Shown here: positions 27,293 to 32,000 of the stretch, one piece after another
Position numbering within the stretch: the stretch's first letter is position 1
Layout: each line of letters starts with the position of its first letter
NCBI GenBank assembly: GCA_030526225.1
Contig: JAUNDF010000007.1
Span: 4,863-36,862 of the forward strand
Length of the DNA stretch: 32,000 nt
Source: Clostridia bacterium
Lineage (GTDB): Bacteria > Bacillota > Clostridia > Christensenellales > Aristaeellaceae
Reading direction: 5' to 3'
Translations under genes and position numbers: made by a program
The notes under the pieces: model-generated
What the model was told of the DNA's origin: nothing
Database searches by the model: none
The model's input: the letters and a program-made list of their open reading frames with translations, nothing else

Positions 27293-28177
27293 TTAATCGT
27301 TCTCGTCCTCAAAAACGTGGGCGTATTCGGCGGCGTGGCAAACATTCAGCGGACTGACAAGTCCCTTGGACTGGGCTACGGTGCGGGCGTATTTGCCGGG
27401 GGTGGTATCGGCGAATACCTTGAAGGTGCGGATGAAGTGTTCGATGGAGGCAAACCCCGACAGGGTGCAGGTGTTCTGCACGGAGTAGCCGTTGCGAAGC
27501 AGCACACAGGCGTGGCGGATGCGCTGCAGGTTGATGTAGGAAATGACGGTAAAGCCGGTCTTGCGCTTGAAGGTGTGGCACAGGCTGCCCTTGCTGATGC
27601 TGAAACGGGAACAGAGGTCATCGAGGGTAAAGGGCTCCGTCAGGTGATTGTCGATGTATTCCAGAATGGGCAGCAGCCACTTGTCTGTGGTGGTCAGGGG
27701 AGACGGCTGAACAGCACCCTGACTGCGGAACAGCCGGGCAGATTGCAGCAGAATCGAACCGAGGGTGAGAATGTTGCTCAGTTCGCTGTCCTCTTTTTTG
27801 TTGTCTCCATCCAGCTCGTTAAACATCATGGTGAACATGTGGAGGGATTCCGGCGGGAGCTGCAGGCATGCGTTCAGGTTGGAAAACAGCAGGTGCATGT
27901 TGGTCTGCGGGGTGGAAAGTGCGTTCAGCAGGGAAGAGGGGTAGTGAATCAGGCGGGTGTCAATCTGCTCCCCCTCATGATTGATTTTCAGGTGGATGGT
28001 ACCCGGTGAAATGAACACAAGCATACCGCTGCGCAGCTGATACGTTTCGTGGCCGATGTACAGCGTGCAGTCATCCCCGGTATGAAACAAAATCTCGTTC
28101 ATATCGTGGAAGTGCGGCGGCCTTTGATATCCGTTCTGCGATACAATGTGTTGAATCGCAAGCTGTTCTGTAATCAT
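27293..28177 (-). CDS. AraC family transcriptional regulator (cupin sensor domain + HTH_18)
   Basis: 294 aa, counted from the ATG at 28177 (GAGAGGAAA ribosome-binding site). The N-terminus has a cupin-like PPHFHDMNEILFHTGDD. The C-terminus has the AraC helix-turn-helix (ISKGSLCHTFKRKTGFTVISYINLQRIRHACVLL...GFASIEHFIRTFK). The 428-aa ORF extension lacks support. Stop codon is TAA. Confidence 0.85.
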   Translation of the reverse strand: MITEQLAIQHIVSQNGYQRPPHFHDMNEILFHTGDDCTLYIGHETYQLRSGMLVFISPGTIHLKINHEGEQIDTRLIHYPSSLLNALSTPQTNMHLLFSNLNACLQLPPESLHMFTMMFNELDGDNKKEDSELSNILTLGSILLQSARLFRSQGAVQPSPLTTTDKWLLPILEYIDNHLTEPFTLDDLCSRFSISKGSLCHTFKRKTGFTVISYINLQRIRHACVLLRNGYSVQNTCTLSGFASIEHFIRTFKVFADTTPGKYARTVAQSKGLVSPLNVCHAAEYAHVFEDEND

Positions 28178-28402
28178 ACCAGTCGGTTTCCTCTCTTCGT
28201 TCTTGCCCTCATTATAAATGGCGATACCAGAAAATACAAGGGAATTGCAAGGCATAATGTGAAAAATATGGCAAACGGCACGATTCCTGCATTTCTTGTT
28301 ATTTAATGGAATAATTGATAAATCGTACAAAACAGAGAGGAAAATGGCCTGCGACGGCGAATGATAAGCATTGTTAGAACATGAAAAACGGAGGAAACGA
28401 CA

Positions 28403-28570
28403 ATGCTGTGGTATGTGATTGTGACCAAACTGGAAGGCGATTATGCATATTTGAAAAACGAATCCCAGCCGGATGCAGAGCCGTACATGGTGGCGCGCTT
28501 TCTGCTGCCCGATGAAATTGAAGAGGGCACCCGCCTGAAGTGCGAGAATCTGGAGTATTCTCTGGCGTGA
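28403..28570 (+). CDS. Small DUF3006-like protein (55 aa). It is not in the supplied ORF track.
   Basis: GGAGGAAACGACA precedes the ATG. The translation is MLWYVIVTKLEGDYAYLKNESQPDAEPYMVARFLLPDEIEEGTRLKCENLEYSLA, then TGA. The pattern (hydrophobic start, EGD-A-L, LP-EGT-L) resembles DUF3006 proteins as I remember them. Confidence 0.45.
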   Translation: MLWYVIVTKLEGDYAYLKNESQPDAEPYMVARFLLPDEIEEGTRLKCENLEYSLA

Positions 28571-28652
28571 ACAGACCATAAAAAAGGGACTGTGAAAAAA
28601 CCGTAAATATATTATGCCCCGGAAGACTTCTTCCGACTTCGCTGCGCTCAGC

Positions 28653-28743
28653 CACCTTCCCCAGAGGGGAAGGTCACGATACGCATGTCACATATGGTTG
28701 AAGTTTGAAACAAATTAAAAAACCTTCCCCTCTGGGGAAGGTG
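28653..28743. repeat. Pair of 22-bp inverted repeats, each internally palindromic, flanking an AT-rich core
   Basis: CACCTTCCCCAGAGGGGAAGGT (28653-28674) is the exact reverse complement of ACCTTCCCCTCTGGGGAAGGTG (28722-28743). Each contains a 9-bp stem (ACCTTCCCC/GGGGAAGGT). The 47-bp spacer is AT-rich, in contrast to the GC-rich surroundings. Confidence 0.7.
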
Positions 28744-28771
28744 CCCCGAAGGGGCGAAAGAGGTCCTTTGT

Positions 28772-28802
28772 GAGGCTGTGAAACGCGTTTTTTCACAGCC
28801 TC
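28772..28802 (+). terminator. Rho-independent terminator (CTGTGAA/TTCACAG family), plus-strand orientation
   Basis: GAGGCTGTGAAA-CGCG-TTTTTTCACAGCCTC followed by TTTTGTTTTG. On the minus strand no T-run follows the hairpin. Confidence 0.7.
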
Positions 28803-28819
28803 TTTTGTTTTGCCTTGAT

Positions 28820-29254
28820 TTACAGCCGCACAACACCCTTGCGGATGATGATGTTGCCGTACAGCGCGGTTTCGCCGGTCTGAACCACCGCATAGGCATT
28901 GCGGGCGCGGTCCATAAAAGCGTCGTGCTCCATCATGTCAAACTGGGCGGTGGGGAGATCCTTGTCGGCGGCGGCGCGGAACTTCTCCCAGATGGGCGCC
29001 TTGTTGCCCTCGAACATGCCGTCCGGCACGGCCATCACGGCCAGGGGGGCGGGGACGAAATCGTCCAGGGGGAACAGGGTCATCAGCGCTTCCATTACCT
29101 CGGCACAGCCGTGGCCGTCACAGCGGATGCACGTTTTGCCGATGGAGGTGCCGGGGAAGTTGCCGTCTGCCAGAACCAGCTCATCACCATGACCCATTTC
29201 GGCGATGGTCTTCAGCAGCTCCGGGGGAATGATGGGGGAAATGCCCTTCAGCAT
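28820..29254 (-). CDS. fucU: RbsD/FucU family mutarotase (L-fucose mutarotase-like)
   Basis: 144 aa. MLKGISPIIPPELLKTIAEMGHGDELVLADGNFP...YGNIIIRKGV aligns along its whole length with E. coli FucU as I remember it. Stop codon is TAA. Confidence 0.85.
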   Translation of the reverse strand: MLKGISPIIPPELLKTIAEMGHGDELVLADGNFPGTSIGKTCIRCDGHGCAEVMEALMTLFPLDDFVPAPLAVMAVPDGMFEGNKAPIWEKFRAAADKDLPTAQFDMMEHDAFMDRARNAYAVVQTGETALYGNIIIRKGVVRL

Positions 29255-29323
29255 ATCAGATACACTCCTTTGTGTGCGCAGACATATGCCTGCCTATTCT
29301 CATCAAAAATCGGCTGAAAGCCC

Positions 29324-30253
29324 TTATGCCAGACTGAACACGGCAATGGCCGCAAACAGCACCACGGTGACCAGCGTGCCCATGGAAAGGGTGGTGGAAA
29401 CATACTCGCTGTCATCACCCAAATCGGCAAACAGGGGGATGATGAAGGGTGCGGGCAGGGAGTACTGCACCAGCAGGGCAAGGAACAGCATCTTGTCGTA
29501 GGGGATGATGGCGAACAGCACAGCGGATACAGCGGCCATGATGCCGGCCATCACCACAAGGCGCATGGCGATTGTGGTGAACACGGGCTTCATCAGCTTC
29601 TTTGAGAAGCGCAGCTCGTAGCCCACCACAATCAGAATCAGGGCAGAGGTGGGGGCGGTGATAAAGGAAATCAGGCTGGTGATGACGTTGCCGAAATCTG
29701 TGCCGGCAATGGCCTTGTAGCAGCCCGTGGCGCCCAGCACAATGCCCAGCGTCATGCCGATGCAGGCACGGTTGGTGACCATGTTCTTCACAATCTGTGC
29801 GGGCTTCAGGCTCTGACCTTCAGCGGCCTTCAGGGTTGCCAGATACACGGTGTAGGCGAACACGGTCTGACCGATATCCACCATGGCGTAGTGGCTGGTT
29901 ACGCCGCCGGAGATGAGGGAAAAGAGCGCATAGCCCAGCATACCGCCCTCCGCGCCGGACATCAGCAGAGGCATAAACCGGCCGTAGGGGGATACGAAGC
30001 GCTTGAGCAGGAAGGCAAGACCCAGTGCAACACAGAAGCCCGCAAATACCAGACCGAATACCAGCACAAGGCTGGCGGAATACTCGGCGGTAAAGAAGGC
30101 GTTAAACAGCACCACAGGCAGCAGAATGTCGCCGATGATGCCCTTCAGGCCTGCGTGACGGTCATCATTCAGGATGCCGCTGGAGGCGCAGTAGCGGCCC
30201 AGCAGTATCATGACCAGTACAGGGAGAACCATGCTGAGTACCTTGGAAACCAT
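29324..30253 (-). CDS. AEC (auxin efflux carrier) family permease
   Basis: 309 aa, counted from the ATG at 30253 (GGAGGAG 6 nt upstream). The track's earlier start at 30268 is a TTG. About 10 transmembrane segments in 5+5 AEC-like topology. Stop codon is TAA. Confidence 0.8.
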   Translation of the reverse strand: MVSKVLSMVLPVLVMILLGRYCASSGILNDDRHAGLKGIIGDILLPVVLFNAFFTAEYSASLVLVFGLVFAGFCVALGLAFLLKRFVSPYGRFMPLLMSGAEGGMLGYALFSLISGGVTSHYAMVDIGQTVFAYTVYLATLKAAEGQSLKPAQIVKNMVTNRACIGMTLGIVLGATGCYKAIAGTDFGNVITSLISFITAPTSALILIVVGYELRFSKKLMKPVFTTIAMRLVVMAGIMAAVSAVLFAIIPYDKMLFLALLVQYSLPAPFIIPLFADLGDDSEYVSTTLSMGTLVTVVLFAAIAVFSLA

Positions 30254-30315
30254 GGGAATCTCCTCCAATCAAAAAATGCTGCGGCTGCACATGGCATCCG
30301 CAGCACGGTGTGTTA

Positions 30316-31200
30316 TTACTTGCTGTTGATTGCGTCGGTGTAGAACTCCAGAGCTTCCTTGTCGGTAGCATTGTGGTGCACAATCATGCGGATGGCCTTG
30401 GCCATTTCCACGGGATGCTCACTCTGGAAGATGTTGCGGCCCATGTCCAGACCGCGGGCACCGCCCTGCATGGAACGATAAGCCAGAGTCAGGGCTTCGT
30501 CCTCGGGCAGCTTCTTGCCGCCGGCAACAACGATCGGGACGGGGCAGGCAGCCACGATTTCTTCGAAGTTGTCGCAGTAGTAGGTCTTCACCAGCTGTAC
30601 GCCCATTTCGGCAACGATACGGGTAGCCAGCTTGAAGAAGCGGTCGGTGCGCTCCATGTCCTTGCCAACAGCCACAACGCCCAGGGTGGGGATGGAGTAG
30701 CGCATGCCGGCATTGATGCAGCGGGACAGGTTGTCGATGGAGGACAGCTGACCGTCAGCACCGATGAAGGTCTGCACAGCCAGGCAGTCGGCGTTCATGC
30801 GGATGGCATCCTCGATGTCCACAGCCAGCACTTCGTGGCTCAGGTCATCGTTGAGCATGGAGGAGCCGGAGGAAACGCGCAGGGCAACACCCTTCTTGTA
30901 GGCGGGGGATACGCAGGTGCGGATGGCGCCGCGGGTGCCCATGAACACGTCAACTTCGTTCTGCAGCTTGGGGATGACCAGGTCCAGACGCTCCAGACCG
31001 GCGGTGGAACCCATGAAGTAGCCATGGTCGAAGGCAAACATCACGGTGTTGCCGCTGACCGGGTCAAAGATGTTGGACAGGTGGCGCTTCATGCCCCAGT
31101 CCAGGTTGTTGGCGCCCTTTACGTGGAAAGAGCCCTGATTTGCGAAGGGTTCAGAGGTGTGATAATCTTTTGCTACCTTCAGTCCGTCCTTATCAGCCAT
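30316..31200 (-). CDS. lsrF: 3-hydroxy-5-phosphonooxypentane-2,4-dione thiolase (LsrF; class I aldolase/DhnA superfamily)
   Basis: 294 aa, counted from the ATG at 31200 (MADKDGLKVAKDY...). DWGMKRHLSNIFDPVSGNTVMFAFDHGYF, KTYY, CPVPIVVAGGKKLPEDEAL and DMGRNIFQSEHPV closely parallel E. coli LsrF as I remember it. Stop codon is TAA. Confidence 0.85.
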   Translation of the reverse strand: MADKDGLKVAKDYHTSEPFANQGSFHVKGANNLDWGMKRHLSNIFDPVSGNTVMFAFDHGYFMGSTAGLERLDLVIPKLQNEVDVFMGTRGAIRTCVSPAYKKGVALRVSSGSSMLNDDLSHEVLAVDIEDAIRMNADCLAVQTFIGADGQLSSIDNLSRCINAGMRYSIPTLGVVAVGKDMERTDRFFKLATRIVAEMGVQLVKTYYCDNFEEIVAACPVPIVVAGGKKLPEDEALTLAYRSMQGGARGLDMGRNIFQSEHPVEMAKAIRMIVHHNATDKEALEFYTDAINSK

Positions 31201-31344
31201 TGGAATCATACTTCCTTTCGTTTTCAATTGGGATAACGATTGAATGCGCCTTGGGCGCAGGGGGTGATGGCAGGCTCATGCGCCCGCTTTCACCACAAGA
31301 GGAGGGGCCCTGTGGGGCTCCTCCTGATTGTTCCTTACAAAGGA

Positions 31345-32000
31345 TTAGAAGGGATAGTTAGCTACGTTTTCAGCGGTGAAGACTACGCGCTCGGGCAGCA
31401 GCACAACGCCGTTGTTTTCGGGAGCGGTCTCCTGGCCTTCCACCAGATCGCCGTTAGCGAGGATCTCAACGTCGCCGATGCCGGGAACGCTTACGATGTC
31501 ACCAACATGCACGGTGTTGCCGGCGGAAACATAAGCAGCCAGATAGCAGCCCAGAGCGCCCTGGATGCCGCAATCCCACAGACCCCAACGGGTGCAGATG
31601 CCGGCTTCCAGATAGGTGGTCATGCCGGAGGGGGGGCAGAAACCGGTGATGGTCACGTCAGCAGCGGTCAGGCCCTTGTTCTGAGCGGCAGCGCACTGGC
31701 CGGGCAGAGCGGTGGAGTCGTTGCAGATGATCAGATCAATGTCGGGATAAGCTTCGAAGATAGCTTCGCCGGTGGACACGGACTGAGCGGGATCCTGGTT
31801 GGAATAGAAGGGCTCGGAAACGGCTACCCAGGAAGGATACTTTTCCTTGATGTATTCGTCGCCGGCAACGTACCAGGAGTTCTGGTCAGCAACGGAGGGG
31901 TTGGAGAAGTGCCATACATACTTCACTTCGCCGTTTACGTCAACGCCGCGTTCGGTCAGGGACTCAACGCCCATGTCAACCAGCATCGGGCCCAGAACAG
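31345..32000 (-). CDS. lsrB: Periplasmic-binding-protein type I sugar/AI-2 binding protein (LsrB-like). The N-terminus lies beyond the window edge.
   Basis: The frame stays open to base 32000. The C-terminus ...GIGDVEILANGDLVEGQETAPENNGVVLLPERVVFTAENVANYPF parallels the LsrB C-terminus (...[21 protein letters not shown]) as I remember it. lsrF is immediately downstream. Stop codon is TAA. Confidence 0.75.
   Translation of the reverse strand, partial: VLGPMLVDMGVESLTERGVDVNGEVKYVWHFSNPSVADQNSWYVAGDEYIKEKYPSWVAVSEPFYSNQDPAQSVSTGEAIFEAYPDIDLIICNDSTALPGQCAAAQNKGLTAADVTITGFCPPSGMTTYLEAGICTRWGLWDCGIQGALGCYLAAYVSAGNTVHVGDIVSVPGIGDVEILANGDLVEGQETAPENNGVVLLPERVVFTAENVANYPF

Noticed and set aside
28648-28899. 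83-aa minus-strand ORF spanning the palindromic repeat region and overlapping the 3' end of fucU
   Set aside because: It is composed largely of translated palindromic repeats, overlaps fucU out of frame, and has no ribosome-binding site and no family resemblance.
1-32000. Search for a CRISPR array, tRNA or rRNA genes, prophage, integrase, transposase or known defence-system genes
   Set aside because: Intergenic spaces are short, mostly under 250 bp. No direct-repeat/spacer periodicity, tRNA T-loop/cloverleaf candidates or mobile-element enzymes were seen. The only repeat structures are the terminator family and the palindromes at 28.6-28.8 kb.

Overview
This is a visibly GC-rich, gene-dense chromosomal segment that looks like a Clostridia/Oscillospirales-type Firmicute. 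That assignment is an inference from gene content, the comEC-holA synteny and AGGAGG-type ribosome-binding sites. I support 32 protein-coding genes. They include housekeeping genes (nnr, class II fba, comEC-holA, an rlmD-like rRNA methyltransferase), three GNAT acetyltransferases, a GntR(YtrA)-ABC-ABC2-lipoprotein operon, a solute-binding protein followed by a very large hybrid histidine kinase, an AraC regulator, and an lsrB-lsrF-AEC-fucU cluster. I saw no rRNA, tRNA, CRISPR array, integrase or transposase. The many long ORFs antisense to real genes are GC-driven shadow ORFs.

The main finding concerns the stop codon TAG. By my reading, the 32 genes terminate 23 times with TAA, 9 times with TGA and never with TAG. 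The only three in-frame TAG codons each sit inside a conserved domain: comEC at 5263-5265, a GNAT at 10238-10240, and the HAMP linker of the hybrid kinase at 23436-23438. In each case the same reading frame continues into the rest of a full-length homologue, and no Shine-Dalgarno sequence is present to support restart. This is the signature of amber (TAG) reassignment or efficient suppression, not ordinary termination. The alternative is three independent nonsense pseudogenes, and whole-genome data are needed to decide.

Secondary observations are a recurring CTGTGAA-loop-TTCACAG terminator hairpin family, a palindromic repeat structure in the 28.6-28.8 kb intergenic region, an uncalled 55-aa ORF, and an lsr-like cluster in which an AEC permease and a FucU mutarotase follow lsrF.
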